Shown here: piece by piece, positions 51,520-63,823 of the stretch
Position numbering within the stretch: position 1 is the stretch's first letter
Layout: each line of letters starts with the position of its first letter
Source: Nitrosopumilus sp.
GTDB taxonomy: Archaea; Thermoproteota; Nitrososphaeria; Nitrososphaerales; Nitrosopumilaceae
Length of the DNA stretch: 64,000 nucleotides
Reading direction: 5' to 3'
Assembly (NCBI GenBank): GCA_965205425.1
Contig: CBDBGZ010000009.1
Coordinates: 256,001 to 320,000 of the forward strand
Notes under the pieces: generated by a model
The model's database searches: none
Seen by the model: the letters and a program-made list of their open reading frames with translations, nothing else
Told to the model about the DNA's origin: nothing
Made by a program: the position numbers and the translations under genes

Positions 51520-51965
51520 CAACTCCAAAAACTGAAATCTATTTTGCAACAAGAAAGACAGCTAGTGCTCACGTTTACATCACTAAAGGTAAAGGAAAAA
51601 TTAGAATTAATAATGTTCCAGTAGAAATGATTCCACAAGAAACTGCCCGTGAAGTTATTCTAGCACCATTAGAAATTACGGGGGATTTAAGAGACAAAAT
51701 CGATATTTCTGTAAGAGTAAGAGGTGGAGGCTTTATGGGTCAAGCTAGTGCAATAGCAACTGGAATTTCCAGAGCACTTACTGGATGGACTAAGTCTAAA
51801 AAAGAACCAAAAGATCATCCTTTCCCAAAATCTACTAGAGAAGATCTCAGAAAACGAATCACTGATTTTGATAAATACCTAGTCAGTGGAGATGCCAGAA
51901 GAAAAGAACCAAAGAAGTTTGGCGGACCTGGTGCAAGAAGAAGAAAACAGAAATCATACCGTTAG
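51516..51965 (+). CDS. rps9: 30S ribosomal protein S9
   Basis: GGGFMGQA and KKFGGPGARRRKQKSYR. Confidence 0.97.
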   Translation: MTTPKTEIYFATRKTASAHVYITKGKGKIRINNVPVEMIPQETAREVILAPLEITGDLRDKIDISVRVRGGGFMGQASAIATGISRALTGWTKSKKEPKDHPFPKSTREDLRKRITDFDKYLVSGDARRKEPKKFGGPGARRRKQKSYR

Positions 51966-51968
51966 GCT

Positions 51969-52688
51969 GTGAAGGCTGTAATTCTTGCGGGCGGCAAGGG
52001 AACAAGAGGCAAACCATATACTGAATATTTTCCAAAAGCAATGACTCCAATCAAAGGAAAGCCATTGATTGATTATGTTGTAAAATATCTAAAATCATCA
52101 AAGATTATAGATGAGGTTATCATTGTATCAGATTTTGAAGGATTAGGAGGACAAATCAAAAATTATTTTGGAAATCAAAAAAACATTACTTTTGTTCAAG
52201 ATTCACAAAGTGGAACTGGTGGGGATTTATTACACATTGCAAACAAACTCAAAAACGAATCAGAATTTGTGTTATGGTTTGTAGATAATTTGTGCGCAAT
52301 AGATCTTAAAAAAATGAGAGACTTGTTTAGAGAGAAAAACAGTTCAGCATGTATAGCAACTAGAACCAAAAGGAAAGAAGAAACAGGATTTGCAACAGTA
52401 GAAGATGGAATCATTAAAGAATTCAAAGAAAAACCAGTAATGAAATTACAATTATCAGAATGTCTAGGGATTTACATGCTAGGTAAAGACATCATCAAAC
52501 GAATTAAAGCAAAACAAAAACAAAAAGAAATCAACCTGTCATATGATATTTTACAACAACTATCAAAAGAAGGAAAAATTAGTGCATTTGACATTGGAGA
52601 TAATGAATGGATGGATGCAGAATCACCAATGGTTTTAGAAAGAAATGAAAAATCAGTGAAGAAGATTATAAAACAGATGGGATTTTAG
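51969..52688 (+). CDS. Sugar-phosphate nucleotidyltransferase family protein
   Basis: ILAGGKGTR, PK.M and F.EKP motifs. Confidence 0.9.
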   Translation: MKAVILAGGKGTRGKPYTEYFPKAMTPIKGKPLIDYVVKYLKSSKIIDEVIIVSDFEGLGGQIKNYFGNQKNITFVQDSQSGTGGDLLHIANKLKNESEFVLWFVDNLCAIDLKKMRDLFREKNSSACIATRTKRKEETGFATVEDGIIKEFKEKPVMKLQLSECLGIYMLGKDIIKRIKAKQKQKEINLSYDILQQLSKEGKISAFDIGDNEWMDAESPMVLERNEKSVKKIIKQMGF

Positions 52689-53250
52689 ATTCTTTTTCAA
52701 AATCTGAAATTTTATCCTCGTATTGAAAAGTAATTGCAATATCATCTAATCCCTCTAAAAGGATTTTTTTCTGGTATGAGTCAATCTCAAAGGATATTTG
52801 TTCTGAAGGGGTTGCGATAGATTGATTTTCTAAATCCACTTCAACCTGGCCAGTTTCTTCTAACAATTTTTCTACAATTTTTTGGTCTAAGGTAATTGGT
52901 AAAATTCCATTTTTGAAACAATTACTAAAGAAAATATCTGCAAATGAAGGAGCGATAATTACACTAAAACCATAATCAAGTAGGGCCCAAACTGCGTGTT
53001 CACGACTAGAACCACAACCAAAATTATCTCCAGCCACAAGAATCTGTGAATTTTCATATTTTTTATCGTTTAATACAAAATCTGATTTTTCATTCTCCTG
53101 TTCATCATATCTCCAGTTAAAGAATAGAAATTTTCCAAATCCTGATTTTTGAACTAATTTTAAGAATTGTTTTGGAACGATTTGATCAGTATCTACATTT
53201 ACCTTATCAAGAGGAGTTACAATACTAGTTACTTTTTTGAAGGAATCCAA
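52666..53250 (-). CDS. leuD: 3-isopropylmalate dehydratase small subunit
   Basis: NVDTDQIVPKQFL and [11 protein letters not shown]. Confidence 0.95.
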   Translation of the reverse strand: MDSFKKVTSIVTPLDKVNVDTDQIVPKQFLKLVQKSGFGKFLFFNWRYDEQENEKSDFVLNDKKYENSQILVAGDNFGCGSSREHAVWALLDYGFSVIIAPSFADIFFSNCFKNGILPITLDQKIVEKLLEETGQVEVDLENQSIATPSEQISFEIDSYQKKILLEGLDDIAITFQYEDKISDFEKESKIPSVL

Positions 53251-53251
53251 A

Positions 53252-54667
53252 TTAATTCAAATCCATCTTTCTTACATCAACAAAATGTCCATGAATTGCA
53301 GCTGCTGCTGCCATCACAGGACTAACTAAATGAGTACGTCCTCCTGTACCTTGTCTACCTTCAAAGTTTCTATTGGATGTACTTGCACATCGTTCTCCAG
53401 GAGATAAAATGTCAGGATTCATTCCAAGACACATACTACATCCAGCTTCTCTCCATTCAAAATTAGCACTAATGAAAATTTTATCTAATCCCATTTCTTC
53501 AGCTTGTTTTTTTACCATTTGAGAGCCAGGAACTACCATTGCGTTAACATTTGGAGAAATTTTTTGTCCTTTGATAACTTTTGATGCTTCAATAAGATCT
53601 TCTAATCGGGCATTAGTACATGAACCAATAAACACTCTATCTATTTTGATATCTTCAATTGCAGTTCCAGATTCTAAAGCCATATAATCAAGTGCTTTTT
53701 CTGCACCCTTCTTTTGATTGGCATCACCTTTAGAGAATTCATCAGGAGTAGGGATTGATTCAGTAACATCACAAGTCATTCCAGGGTTTGTTCCCCAACT
53801 AACTTGAGGAGCAATATCATCAATGTGCAAAGTAAATTGTTTTTCAAACTTTGCATCGCCATCAGTTTTAAGATCAGTTTTCCAAGAATCAACTAAAGAT
53901 TCATAGTTCTTTGGAGTGTATTCTCTACCTCTTAGATAATCAAATGTTTTTTCATCAGGGGCAATCAAGCCAGCACGAGCTCCTGCCTCAATTGACATAT
54001 TGCAAATAGTCATCCTTTGTTCCATTGAAAGATCAGTGATTCCTTCACCACGATATTCAATTACCGTGCCTGTACCTCCCCCAGTACCTATGTTTTTGAT
54101 AATAGATAGAACAATATCTTTGGCAGTTACTGCATGAGGGTTATTTCGTTTGCCTTCAACCTTAATTTCAAACGGTTTTGGTTTTTCTAACCACATGGTT
54201 TGAGATGCTAAAACATGTTCAACATCACTGGTTCCAATTCCTAAAGCAAGTGCTCCAAAAGCACCATGGGTAGATGTGTGACTATCACCGCAAACAATTG
54301 TTGTACCAGGTAAAGTAATTCCTAATTGAGGACCAATGACATGGACGATTCCTTGATTAGGACTGTTAACATCAAATAATTTTATACCAAAATCCTTACA
54401 GTTTTTTTCCAAAGTTTGAATTTGAACAGAAGATGTCTGGTCTAAAATAGGAAGAGAACGGTCAGTTGTTGGAACATTATGATCCATTGTAGCAATAGTA
54501 AGATCAGGTCGTCTAACTTTCCTATTACTCATACGCAATCCTTCAAAAGCTTGTGGAGAAGTTACTTCATGGACAAGATGTCTGTCAATGTAGATTAGTG
54601 ATGGGTTATTTTGTTTTTCAACAACAATGTGAGATTCCCAGATTTTTTCAAAAAGAGTTTTTCCCAT
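53252..54667 (-). CDS. leuC: 3-isopropylmalate dehydratase large subunit
   Basis: [14 protein letters not shown] and GCSMCLGMN. Confidence 0.96.
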   Translation of the reverse strand: MGKTLFEKIWESHIVVEKQNNPSLIYIDRHLVHEVTSPQAFEGLRMSNRKVRRPDLTIATMDHNVPTTDRSLPILDQTSSVQIQTLEKNCKDFGIKLFDVNSPNQGIVHVIGPQLGITLPGTTIVCGDSHTSTHGAFGALALGIGTSDVEHVLASQTMWLEKPKPFEIKVEGKRNNPHAVTAKDIVLSIIKNIGTGGGTGTVIEYRGEGITDLSMEQRMTICNMSIEAGARAGLIAPDEKTFDYLRGREYTPKNYESLVDSWKTDLKTDGDAKFEKQFTLHIDDIAPQVSWGTNPGMTCDVTESIPTPDEFSKGDANQKKGAEKALDYMALESGTAIEDIKIDRVFIGSCTNARLEDLIEASKVIKGQKISPNVNAMVVPGSQMVKKQAEEMGLDKIFISANFEWREAGCSMCLGMNPDILSPGERCASTSNRNFEGRQGTGGRTHLVSPVMAAAAAIHGHFVDVRKMDLN

Positions 54668-54668
54668 T

Positions 54669-55160
54669 TTAATCCTGGTCGGGTTTATACTTGAAAAGCC
54701 CACCTGCAGCAATTATTTTTCCAATAATTTCTGAAAAAGGTTTCATTTTGTAGGTTTGATTTTTGGTAATATTTTTAATTTCATTTGAAGATACATCAAT
54801 TGTAATTTCATCACCTTCTGAAATTCCATCATATGCATCCTGTTCAATTTCAATAGGTAACAAAAATGCACCATCAACAGAATTTCTGTAAAAGATTCTC
54901 GCAAAAGATAATGCGAGTACTGCCTTTACTCCAGAATGAGATAATGCAATTGGAGCATGTTCACGAGATGAGCCACATCCAAAATTCTTACCAGATAAAA
55001 TAAAATCTCCTTCTTTTACTTTAGAATGAAAATCAGGGTCTAATCCCTCCATTGCATGAGTTGCAAGTTCTGCATAATCATGGATTTTTAGATATGGGCC
55101 TGGAATAATGACATCAGTGTCAATATTGTCTCGGGCATATTTTATGACGTTACCTTTCAT
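54669..55160 (-). CDS. Homoaconitase/IPM isomerase type-2 small subunit
   Basis: [10 protein letters not shown] and [12 protein letters not shown]. Confidence 0.9.
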   Translation of the reverse strand: MKGNVIKYARDNIDTDVIIPGPYLKIHDYAELATHAMEGLDPDFHSKVKEGDFILSGKNFGCGSSREHAPIALSHSGVKAVLALSFARIFYRNSVDGAFLLPIEIEQDAYDGISEGDEITIDVSSNEIKNITKNQTYKMKPFSEIIGKIIAAGGLFKYKPDQD

Positions 55161-56428
55161 TACAAGTCCCTCGGATCAGTGATTTTTCCAGTTACTGCAG
55201 AAGCTGCTGCCACTAGTGGAGATGAAAGATATGTTTGAGACTCTACATGGCCCATTCTACCAGGGAAATTTCTATTTGTAGTACTGATACAAATTTCATC
55301 TTTTGCCAAAACACCCATGTGTGCTCCACAGCAGGCTCCACATGTTGGAGGTCCAACTGTCACACCAGCATCTAAGAAAATCTTCAACAATCCATCTTCC
55401 ATGGCTCGTTGATAAATTGAAATTGCTGCAGGTAAAATTTCAGTTCTTATCTTTACCTTTCTTCCTTTGAGAACACTTGCTGCAGCTACCAAATCTTCGT
55501 ATTTTGCACCAGTACAAGAACCAATGTATGATTTATCCAATTCTACAGAAGGAGCTTCTCGTACTACCGTTGTATTTTCAGGAGAAAATGGTTTTGCAAC
55601 AATTGGTTCCATCTCTGAACTTTCAAATTCAAATGTCTTTGCATATTCAGCATCATCATCACCTTTTATCAAATTCATGTTAGTTGCCCCTCTTTGAGTA
55701 AGATAATCAACTACTTTTTGATCAGGTTCTACAATACCATTCTTTGCACCAGCTTCTGTAGTCATATTACATAAGGTCAATCTGCTTTCTACAGACATTT
55801 CATCAACTCCAGTACCACCAAACTGCATAGTTTGATATGCACCACCATCAGTTCCGATTTCACCAATAATTTTTAGAATCAAATCTTTGGCCATCACATG
55901 TTCTGGCAATTTACCATTTAGTTTAAAGTAGAAAGTTTCTGGAACTTTGAACCAAATTTTACCATTCAATAAAACATAAGCAATGTCAGTATGTCCCAAA
56001 CCACAAGCAAAAGCACCCAAGGCACCAGTTGTATTTGTATGAGAATCTCCACCAACATACACCTCACCGGGTAACACCATAGCTTCTTCATGAGATATTG
56101 TATGACAAATTCCATATTGTCCCATTCCATATTTGAAATGTTTTTCAATTCCATAATTCTTGGCAAAGTTTGTTAATTTTACAATATTTTCAGCAGATAC
56201 TTTTTCTGCAGAAGGAACAAAGTGGTCTTCGGCAACCCAAACTTTAGTAGGATCCCATAATTTATCAACAGAAATTCCTTGTTTCTTTAATTTGTCAAAT
56301 ACCTTAATCACACCTGGCCCAGACACATCATGCATCATGACCTTATCCACATTAGCAAAAACTACATCATCTGGGGCAACAGAAGATTTTCCAGCACCAC
56401 GAGCAAGAATCTTCTCAGTAATATTCAT
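55160..56428 (-). CDS. Homoaconitase/IPM isomerase type-2 large subunit
   Basis: DSHT, GSCTG, CGACCG and NRNFPGRMG. Confidence 0.9.
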   Translation of the reverse strand: MNITEKILARGAGKSSVAPDDVVFANVDKVMMHDVSGPGVIKVFDKLKKQGISVDKLWDPTKVWVAEDHFVPSAEKVSAENIVKLTNFAKNYGIEKHFKYGMGQYGICHTISHEEAMVLPGEVYVGGDSHTNTTGALGAFACGLGHTDIAYVLLNGKIWFKVPETFYFKLNGKLPEHVMAKDLILKIIGEIGTDGGAYQTMQFGGTGVDEMSVESRLTLCNMTTEAGAKNGIVEPDQKVVDYLTQRGATNMNLIKGDDDAEYAKTFEFESSEMEPIVAKPFSPENTTVVREAPSVELDKSYIGSCTGAKYEDLVAAASVLKGRKVKIRTEILPAAISIYQRAMEDGLLKIFLDAGVTVGPPTCGACCGAHMGVLAKDEICISTTNRNFPGRMGHVESQTYLSSPLVAAASAVTGKITDPRDL

Positions 56429-56716
56429 AATCAAAAACCCAGTTCTACAAATTAAAAGCTTTTCAGATTTTTAATTTTTCTGAAATTAATCCTTCTTTAG
56501 CGATAACAAGCAAGCAACTCCTTAACGGTATAATTTCTCAATGATTCAGGCACAGATTCTATGTCAAAAGATTTCACTGCCCCAATTTTTTTGCGAATTA
56601 GCATTTTGACTAAAGCTGGTGCATTTTCATGATATTTTGAATTGATATGTTCTAAAATTTCATCAGTTTTTTCTTGATTCATAACAATAAAAAAGAAAAC
56701 GAATGTTAAGTATATT

Positions 56717-57493
56717 GTGCAATTAACAGTTTTACCACTTTTAGCAGAAAGAATGGAGGAAAAGTTCGATGTTTTTGAAACACTGTTGAAAACATTAGAT
56801 GAAAACAAAACAAAATTAGAAGATGGGGATGTACTAGTAATTTCTACCAAATATGTCTCAAATTCTCAAGGAAGAATTGTGGATTTAGAAAAAATTAACG
56901 CATCAGAAGAAGGAATGAAAATCTCAAAAGAGTATCAATTAAAATCAGGAATTGCTGAAATCATTCTTAGAGAATCAGATAAGATTTTTGGGGGAATTGG
57001 GGGATTTGTAATTACATCTTCAGATAATATCATGGCTCCAAATGCCGGAATCGATAAATCAAATGCCAAAAAAGGTAGAGCCATACTATATCCTACAAAT
57101 CCATATCTAACTGCAGAAGAAATTCGTAGAAAGATTTTCTTAAAATTTTTCATTCATGTCGGAATAATTCTCGTTGACAGTAGATTAATGCCGGCAAGGA
57201 TTGGAACATCTGGAGTAGCCATAGCTTGTGCAGGAATTGAACCAGTTTTAGATATGAGAGCAAAAAAAGATCTTGATGGAAATCCACTAAAAGTTACATT
57301 TCAAGCAGTAGTTGACAATCTTGCCACTATTGCAAACCACAAGATGGGGGAAGGAGGAGAATCAAAACCATTTGCAATAGTTAGAAATTCAGATGCAAAA
57401 TTAACTGACAGAATCATCAATCCAGCAGAAATGGCAATTTCCCCAGATCAATGTGTATATGTCAGAGGATTGTCCAATCCTCCAAAAACCTAG
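56717..57493 (+). CDS. cofE: Coenzyme F420-0:L-glutamate ligase
   Basis: DGDVLVISTK.VS, PNAGIDKSN and MGEG motifs. Confidence 0.92.
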   Translation: MQLTVLPLLAERMEEKFDVFETLLKTLDENKTKLEDGDVLVISTKYVSNSQGRIVDLEKINASEEGMKISKEYQLKSGIAEIILRESDKIFGGIGGFVITSSDNIMAPNAGIDKSNAKKGRAILYPTNPYLTAEEIRRKIFLKFFIHVGIILVDSRLMPARIGTSGVAIACAGIEPVLDMRAKKDLDGNPLKVTFQAVVDNLATIANHKMGEGGESKPFAIVRNSDAKLTDRIINPAEMAISPDQCVYVRGLSNPPKT

Positions 57494-57526
57494 CGTGAAA
57501 ATCAATTCTGCTTTAAATAGAGGAAT

Positions 57527-58096
57527 TTGATGGGAAAATTAATGGAATACCTTACCACATATCCAAAAACGGTTTCATTTTTTGATGGAATAAAACACAA
57601 AATTGATGTGGATAGTAAAGACGGTGTTGAACAACTTCACATAGTAGTTAAGAAAAGTTTTGAAGAATTAACAAAAATTTTCACAGATGAAGGATTTACT
57701 AAAGTTAAACTTGAACATAAACAGCCAGATCAAATTGGTAGTGGATTAAATCTCAAATTAAAAAAGCCATGGGAAATGCATGTCAGAATGGTAGATTTGA
57801 AAAAAGGATTAATTGGAATTCATGCCGAAGTAGAAGTTTCAAGAGATTATTTACAACATTTGTTTTCTCAAAGAACACCAGTAGTGTATGAAGTTGAAGA
57901 AATTCTAAAAAAATATCAGGTAGATTACAATATTTGGCATGATAAAATTAAGAAAAATGTTCATGCCATTGTAGATAATTACAAAGTAAAGCTTGCAACT
58001 CCAAGTATTCCAGTATTTGCATGGAAACCAATGTTATTTGTAATTGGAACTATAGCAACATTTTATGGTTGGAAATATTTCAACACAATTTGGTAA
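57527..58096 (+). CDS. Conserved hypothetical protein with C-terminal membrane anchor
   Basis: PWEMHVR and EVEVSRDYLQHL motifs; hydrophobic tail. Confidence 0.8.
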   Translation: MMGKLMEYLTTYPKTVSFFDGIKHKIDVDSKDGVEQLHIVVKKSFEELTKIFTDEGFTKVKLEHKQPDQIGSGLNLKLKKPWEMHVRMVDLKKGLIGIHAEVEVSRDYLQHLFSQRTPVVYEVEEILKKYQVDYNIWHDKIKKNVHAIVDNYKVKLATPSIPVFAWKPMLFVIGTIATFYGWKYFNTIW

Positions 58097-58098
58097 GA

Positions 58099-58428
58099 TT
58101 AAACACCTAAAGTTTCAGCCTTACTTAGTTCTAAAAAGACCTTATCTCCAACTGAAAGACCCATCTCTTTGTATTCATGCATTTCAAGTTTTAGTTGAGT
58201 AATTCCAGATTGCATACCTGCTCCACCCATTCCAGACATCATCTTGTTCAAATCTTTCATCATATCATTCATGTTTGAAAATCCCATTACTTTTGGAGTT
58301 CCAAAAGGAGGTTGTTGTTGAGGTTGATTTCCTTCTTTTAGATCCTTAAGGGACGATAATGAAATTACAACATATGGTGCCCCATCAGGTGCAGAATCTA
58401 TGCTTTTTACTACAAATTCTTTCTTCAT
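58099..58428 (-). CDS. Conserved hypothetical protein
   Basis: EY..MGLSVGDKV small beta-barrel-like pattern with a Gln/Met/Gly-rich loop. Confidence 0.75.
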   Translation of the reverse strand: MKKEFVVKSIDSAPDGAPYVVISLSSLKDLKEGNQPQQQPPFGTPKVMGFSNMNDMMKDLNKMMSGMGGAGMQSGITQLKLEMHEYKEMGLSVGDKVFLELSKAETLGV

Positions 58429-58532
58429 GTCTAGAGTTGTATCTTATTCCATATAATTTTAATTTTAAGGTGGATTTGTACTAGTTTTGCCAGTTTTGAA
58501 GCTTTAATTACAATTTTCTGGATTTTAAATCA

Positions 58533-59066
58533 TTGTCAGAGAATGTAAAAACAACATTACGATATTACGGGATTTCTCCATGGGAGATTGAGGTTCTTTA
58601 CGGATTTTTAAATTCTCATTTCACTATCATACAAGATGAAATTGAACCCGATGATGAGAATTATGTTAGTTTCTTAGACATTGATATCCCATTACAATTT
58701 AATGAAGCATTTTTCCAATGGTTTGATTTCAAACGATGGGGAAAAATCAAAGCAGTATTCAAGGAAATGAAACGAAGAAGAGGCAGCGGAAATGCTTTAA
58801 AAATTGTAATGAATTTTTCAGGGAACCCAAAAATTATCTTTACTATTGATATTGAAGATAGACAATGGTTTGATAATGCATTAGAAAAAATTGATTTTGT
58901 TTTAGAATTATTACCATATCATCTAGATCCCGAAAAAATTCCAGCCGGAATTTCACAGATCATATACAAATTTGATCCTGAATCAATTAGATGGCGTCTA
59001 GATTCAGCTTCATCTGAAAATAAAAAGTACACATTCAGAGGAGATTCATGGAATGAGATTATTTAA
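58533..59066 (+). CDS. Conserved hypothetical protein
   Basis: 177-aa ORF with typical codon usage. Confidence 0.75.
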   Translation: MSENVKTTLRYYGISPWEIEVLYGFLNSHFTIIQDEIEPDDENYVSFLDIDIPLQFNEAFFQWFDFKRWGKIKAVFKEMKRRRGSGNALKIVMNFSGNPKIIFTIDIEDRQWFDNALEKIDFVLELLPYHLDPEKIPAGISQIIYKFDPESIRWRLDSASSENKKYTFRGDSWNEII

Positions 59067-59499
59067 GATCTTTTTGTAAAGGTTCCAATAATTCATGAAG
59101 TTCTTTGTATTTTGATTCTAGGAATTCTAATGCATCAATTAATTTTTTAGATTTTCCATATTTGTAACGAATTAGTTCACGATGATGCCAGAATGTTTTT
59201 CCTTCATCAACTGATAAAGTTGTAAAATAATCAGTACCTTTCAAAGAATCAGGAAGTTTAACATCGTGAGGAAATAGCAACTCTACAATAAACCACTCAT
59301 CACCATCCGGATAATCAGAACCAGTCTCTACATCAAAAAATACATGCAACAAATCAGACTGCATTAGACCATCATCACTAATTGAAGGATGTTTCACGGG
59401 GGATTTTTTAAAATCTAGATTTACTAGTTGGGGTTCAAAGAACCCTTTGATTATAGATTTTCTAAATATTTTATTTGCCTCATTAATATTCAAATGCAA
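59059..59499 (-). CDS. Conserved hypothetical protein
   Basis: 146-aa ORF with typical codon usage. Confidence 0.75.
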   Translation of the reverse strand: MHLNINEANKIFRKSIIKGFFEPQLVNLDFKKSPVKHPSISDDGLMQSDLLHVFFDVETGSDYPDGDEWFIVELLFPHDVKLPDSLKGTDYFTTLSVDEGKTFWHHRELIRYKYGKSKKLIDALEFLESKYKELHELLEPLQKDLK

Positions 59500-59548
59500 A
59501 ATAATATTCTAAAACTTGCCTATAACTTCTTAGGTTCAGGACAGTATA

Positions 59549-60511
59549 CTATACTTCTAAAGAATCTAAAATTTTTGAAATGTCAGTATTAGAATGACCA
59601 TTTTTAGAAATATTTTGTTTTGCGGGAGAATTTTCCAAATAGTTTGGAATCTTATCTTTAATCCTTTGAGTATAAGGAGAAATTAAATCATTTTTGTAAA
59701 ATACACCAATTGGGATTTTGTTACCCCATTCAAGGGATTTAATCAAAGCTTGAGATAATTTTTCATTTACTTCAACTTCAGAATCATAGTGAACAGTTGG
59801 TTCATATCCAGTTTCTTCTAGTTTGTAAATTCTAGAATGTCTTTTTTGTGCTTCATCAACTAAATCAGTTCCAGCATACCAATCTCTTGTATTAAGATCA
59901 TTGTAAGTTGGACAAGGTTGCAAAACATCAAGAAATGAAAGACCTTTGTGGTTTACTGCTTGAATGATCAAATCCTTGAGATGTCTTACATCATATGAAT
60001 ATCCTCGAGCTACAAATGTAAAACCAGATGCTACTGCAAGACCAATCGGATTGACGTTTGAATTAGTATTTGGCGAAGGTAATGATTTTGTTTTTTCTCC
60101 CAATTTTAGAGTTGGAGATGCTTGACCTTTTGTTAATCCATAAACTCCATTGTCAAAAATAACGTAAGTCATATCCACATTTCTTCTTCCTGCAGCGACA
60201 AAATGACCAGCACCAATTCCTAAACCATCACCATCGCCTCCTACTGCAACGACAGATAACTCAGGATTTGCAATTTTTGCTCCTTGTGCAAATGTCAAAA
60301 CCCTTCCATGTAATGTATGAACACCGTAGGTATTGATGTAATGAGAAGTTTTACCAGAACATCCAATTCCAGAGAACATTGCAGCCTTATCCCTCTCTAT
60401 TCCCATTTCAGCTAGTGCCATTTGGATTGCATTTACAATTCCAAAATCCCCACACCCAGGACACCAATCATTATGCACGTCGGTTTTGTAATCAGCTAGT
60501 TTAAGCGCCAT
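59549..60511 (-). CDS. 2-oxoacid:ferredoxin oxidoreductase beta subunit
   Basis: WCPGCGD, GIGCS and GGDGD..N TPP motif. Confidence 0.95.
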   Translation of the reverse strand: MALKLADYKTDVHNDWCPGCGDFGIVNAIQMALAEMGIERDKAAMFSGIGCSGKTSHYINTYGVHTLHGRVLTFAQGAKIANPELSVVAVGGDGDGLGIGAGHFVAAGRRNVDMTYVIFDNGVYGLTKGQASPTLKLGEKTKSLPSPNTNSNVNPIGLAVASGFTFVARGYSYDVRHLKDLIIQAVNHKGLSFLDVLQPCPTYNDLNTRDWYAGTDLVDEAQKRHSRIYKLEETGYEPTVHYDSEVEVNEKLSQALIKSLEWGNKIPIGVFYKNDLISPYTQRIKDKIPNYLENSPAKQNISKNGHSNTDISKILDSLEV

Positions 60512-62411
60512 GCATCAAAACCTCCCGTTTGTTTGCTTTATTTTCAACAATTTTTTTGAGAGAATCATAGACTTCAGTACAAGTCATTGCTCGTCCAGTG
60601 TATTTTAATATAAAATAATCAATATCTCGCCCAGTATTTTGTTTAAATAATTTTCCAAGTTGTCCTGAATGATTTGCTTCAATGTCAATAATGGTTTTAG
60701 CATCTTTTAACAAGGAATTGATATAATCACCTGGGAAAGGTTGTAGTAATTTTAGCTGAACAAATCCAATCGACATTCCTTCTTGTTTGAGCATTTCTAA
60801 TGCATCCAAGATAGGGCCTTTTGCAGAACCCCATGAAATAATAGTATATTCTTCAACACCGAAAGATTTTGCTTGTTCATTATCAGGAATTTCTTTTAGA
60901 ATTAAATCTAAACGAGACATTCTCTTATCCATCATTTTTACACGTAAAATAGGATCTTCAGTAATGTGACCAGTTTCATCTGATTCATCACCAGTATTCC
61001 AAAATATTCCATTGTCAATTCCCAATCTAGAACGAGGAGAAATCCCATCATCTGTAAACTCAAATCTTCTATAATCATCATCTACTTTTTCTAATAGTTT
61101 ACCTCTATTGATAGAAATTTTTTGAGGATCAAATCTTTTACATGTAATTACAGAACTTGCATGGAATTTATCCATCAAGTGAATCAAAGGAACTTGAAAA
61201 ATTTCCGTATAGTTAAAACAATTACCAGTATCATAGAAGCTCTCTTCAATATCTCCAGATGCATAGACAATTTTTGGAAAATCACCATGTCCGGCATGGA
61301 CAGCAAATAACAAATCATCTTGACCGTGTCGTGTTGGGAGTCCTGTAGAAGGTCCACTTCTTTGATAATTTGTAATCACTACGGGTACTTCATTTATTCC
61401 CGCCCAGCCTAACATTTCAGTCATTAATGCAAATCCAGGACCAGAAGTACAAGTAGCCGAACGAGTTCCAGTTAATGCACCTCCAATTGTCATCCCCATA
61501 GCACAAATTTCATCTTCTGTTTGAATTACTGCTGTAGAACCAGGTCTATCATCTATAATTTCAAGAATTTCATTGGATTCTAGAAAAACAGATTCATCAG
61601 ATGCAGGAGTAATCGGATAGTAAGGTTGGAACCTACAACCACAAGCCATTTTTCCTAAAGCTGTACCTTGAAACCCCTGAACCAAAATGGTCTGAGATTC
61701 TTTTTCGGTTCCAAGTAAAGTGTGAGTGAAATTTTCAAATTTTGCAGTTGCAAAATTATAAGAATAATTTGCAGTCTGTTGATTTATTTTTGCAATTTCA
61801 GGTTTTTTTGAAAAAATTGATTCAATTGCTTTTTGTAACGAGTCAGGAGGCATCTTAACTAAACCTAAAGATAACGATACTCCAATAACATTATACATTC
61901 TAACTAATCCCCGTAAACGTGGATTTTCAGTTTCTTCAGAAAGAGTTTCTAAGATAGATTTGAAAGATATCGGAAATACTTTTACACCGTTTTCTTTTGC
62001 AATTTCTAACACACCTGCAATTGTAAAGGGTTTATTTTTTGATTCTAATTCTTTGTGTAATCTTTCTTTAAAGGGAGCATCAAGTGTACGTACAGCATCT
62101 GTTTTTGTTTCCTCTAAATCAGAATCATAAATTATTCCTCCGCCAGAAACTATTTCCTCGTAATGACGAAAAATTGTTTCAGCATCAAAAGAAGCCATAA
62201 GATTTACATCATTTACATTTGAGTTGATTTTTTTCTCAGCGACTCTTACTGTGAAATAACTATGTTCACCTTTGATGTTTGAATAAAATTCTCTCTTTCC
62301 AAAAATTTGATAACCCATTTCAGCACAAACTTGAGAGAAAATATTGGCTGCAGATTCGACCCCACTTCCTTGAGGGCCTCCAATTAGCCAAGTAAAATCA
62401 ACAGAACTCAC
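60501..62411 (-). CDS. 2-oxoacid:ferredoxin oxidoreductase alpha(gamma) subunit
   Basis: GGPQGSG, YPITP, TSGPG and [10 protein letters not shown]. Confidence 0.95.
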   Translation of the reverse strand: MSSVDFTWLIGGPQGSGVESAANIFSQVCAEMGYQIFGKREFYSNIKGEHSYFTVRVAEKKINSNVNDVNLMASFDAETIFRHYEEIVSGGGIIYDSDLEETKTDAVRTLDAPFKERLHKELESKNKPFTIAGVLEIAKENGVKVFPISFKSILETLSEETENPRLRGLVRMYNVIGVSLSLGLVKMPPDSLQKAIESIFSKKPEIAKINQQTANYSYNFATAKFENFTHTLLGTEKESQTILVQGFQGTALGKMACGCRFQPYYPITPASDESVFLESNEILEIIDDRPGSTAVIQTEDEICAMGMTIGGALTGTRSATCTSGPGFALMTEMLGWAGINEVPVVITNYQRSGPSTGLPTRHGQDDLLFAVHAGHGDFPKIVYASGDIEESFYDTGNCFNYTEIFQVPLIHLMDKFHASSVITCKRFDPQKISINRGKLLEKVDDDYRRFEFTDDGISPRSRLGIDNGIFWNTGDESDETGHITEDPILRVKMMDKRMSRLDLILKEIPDNEQAKSFGVEEYTIISWGSAKGPILDALEMLKQEGMSIGFVQLKLLQPFPGDYINSLLKDAKTIIDIEANHSGQLGKLFKQNTGRDIDYFILKYTGRAMTCTEVYDSLKKIVENKANKREVLMHGA

Positions 62412-62460
62412 AGATATTCACTCATTTCCTGAATCTTAATAGTATGATAGTTCATTTCTT

Positions 62461-62607
62461 CTAACCTCCAGTGGCTGCATCAAACAATGCACATTCACAT
62501 TTATCACGTTCACCACAATAAGGACACACACATACGCATTTTTCAATTGAATTTCCACATTCTACACAAATAGCAAATTCTTCCTCTTCTTCAACCTTAG
62601 AAGACAT
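62461..62607 (-). CDS. Small Cys-rich (metal-binding) protein
   Basis: CVECG...CVCVCPYCG...CEC. Confidence 0.7.
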   Translation of the reverse strand: MSSKVEEEEEFAICVECGNSIEKCVCVCPYCGERDKCECALFDAATGG

Positions 62608-62660
62608 CAATGAAAATACAAAGAAATCGTATAAATGGTTTGAGATGAATATCAAGACTG

Positions 62661-63629
62661 ATGAAAAAAAAAGTGTTTCTTACAAGAACTCTACATGATT
62701 TTGCATTAAAAGAATTGAAAAAAAGATATCAGATTGAAGTTCATTCTGGAAAAATACCCATACCTAAAACGAAACTACGATCAAAAATTAAGGAAGTGGA
62801 TGGACTCATCTGTTTTCCATATGACAAAATTAACAAAGAAATTATTGATTGCGCTAAAAATCTAAAATCAATTAGTACCTACAGTGTAGGCTTTGATCAT
62901 ATAGATATAGAGTATGCCAAAGAAAAGAAAATTCGGGTAGGATATACTCCAGAAGTATTAACAGATGCTACAGCAGATCTTGCATTTTCACTATTATTGG
63001 ATATTTCAAGAAGAGTATCGGAAGGCGATAGAATTATTCGAGATGGAAAGTGGAAAGAAATCTATGGAGCATTTGATTATGTTGGAGTGGATTTACAAGG
63101 TAAAACACTTGGGATTTTAGGTTTGGGTAGAATTGGCAGTACACTTGCTAAAAGAGCAAAGGCATTTGATATGAAAATAGCATATCACAACAGAAAACGT
63201 ATTTCAAAATCTAAAGAAAAATCATTAAACGCAAAATATGTGTCATTTGAACAATTAATTACAAAAAGTGATTTTATTTCAATTCATGTGCCCCATACAA
63301 AAGAAACAGACAAGTTGTTTAGCATGAAAATTTTGAAAAAGATGAAGAAAACAGCATTTTTGATTAATACATCAAGAGGAAAAGTAATCAATGAAAAAGA
63401 TCTTGTGACTGCTTTGAAGAAGAAAATTATCTCGGGTATAGGATTAGATGTCTTTGAGACAGAACCAATTAATGAAAAACACCCATTTGTTAAATTATCA
63501 AATATTGTACTTGCTCCCCACATAGGAAGTTCTACAAAAGAGACAAGAATGAAAATGGCAGAAATTACTGTGAAAAATTTAGATCTTGGAATAAAAGGCA
63601 AAAAACCAATTTACTCAGTAGGATACTGA
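62661..63629 (+). CDS. D-2-hydroxyacid dehydrogenase (glyoxylate reductase-like)
   Basis: GLGRIG, INTSRG, LDVFETEP and PHIGS motifs. Confidence 0.93.
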   Translation: MKKKVFLTRTLHDFALKELKKRYQIEVHSGKIPIPKTKLRSKIKEVDGLICFPYDKINKEIIDCAKNLKSISTYSVGFDHIDIEYAKEKKIRVGYTPEVLTDATADLAFSLLLDISRRVSEGDRIIRDGKWKEIYGAFDYVGVDLQGKTLGILGLGRIGSTLAKRAKAFDMKIAYHNRKRISKSKEKSLNAKYVSFEQLITKSDFISIHVPHTKETDKLFSMKILKKMKKTAFLINTSRGKVINEKDLVTALKKKIISGIGLDVFETEPINEKHPFVKLSNIVLAPHIGSSTKETRMKMAEITVKNLDLGIKGKKPIYSVGY

Positions 63630-63823
63630 CTTTCACGCATGGTTGCCATCGCATTAATTGTGCAGTTTTTATATCTAAATCATAACATAAAATCAGAATG
63701 AAGAAATTCAAACATACGAATGAAGAATTAGAATTAGCTAAACAACAATCTGAAAAAGAGAAGAAAGAAAAAGAGTCTGAAGAATAAGATTTTTTTGCTT
63801 GTCTTTTTCAGACAAGATTTTTT

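Noticed and set aside
52666..56428. Two adjacent LeuCD-like pairs
   Set aside because: Consistent with ordinary leucine plus homoaconitase-type paralogues; not novel.
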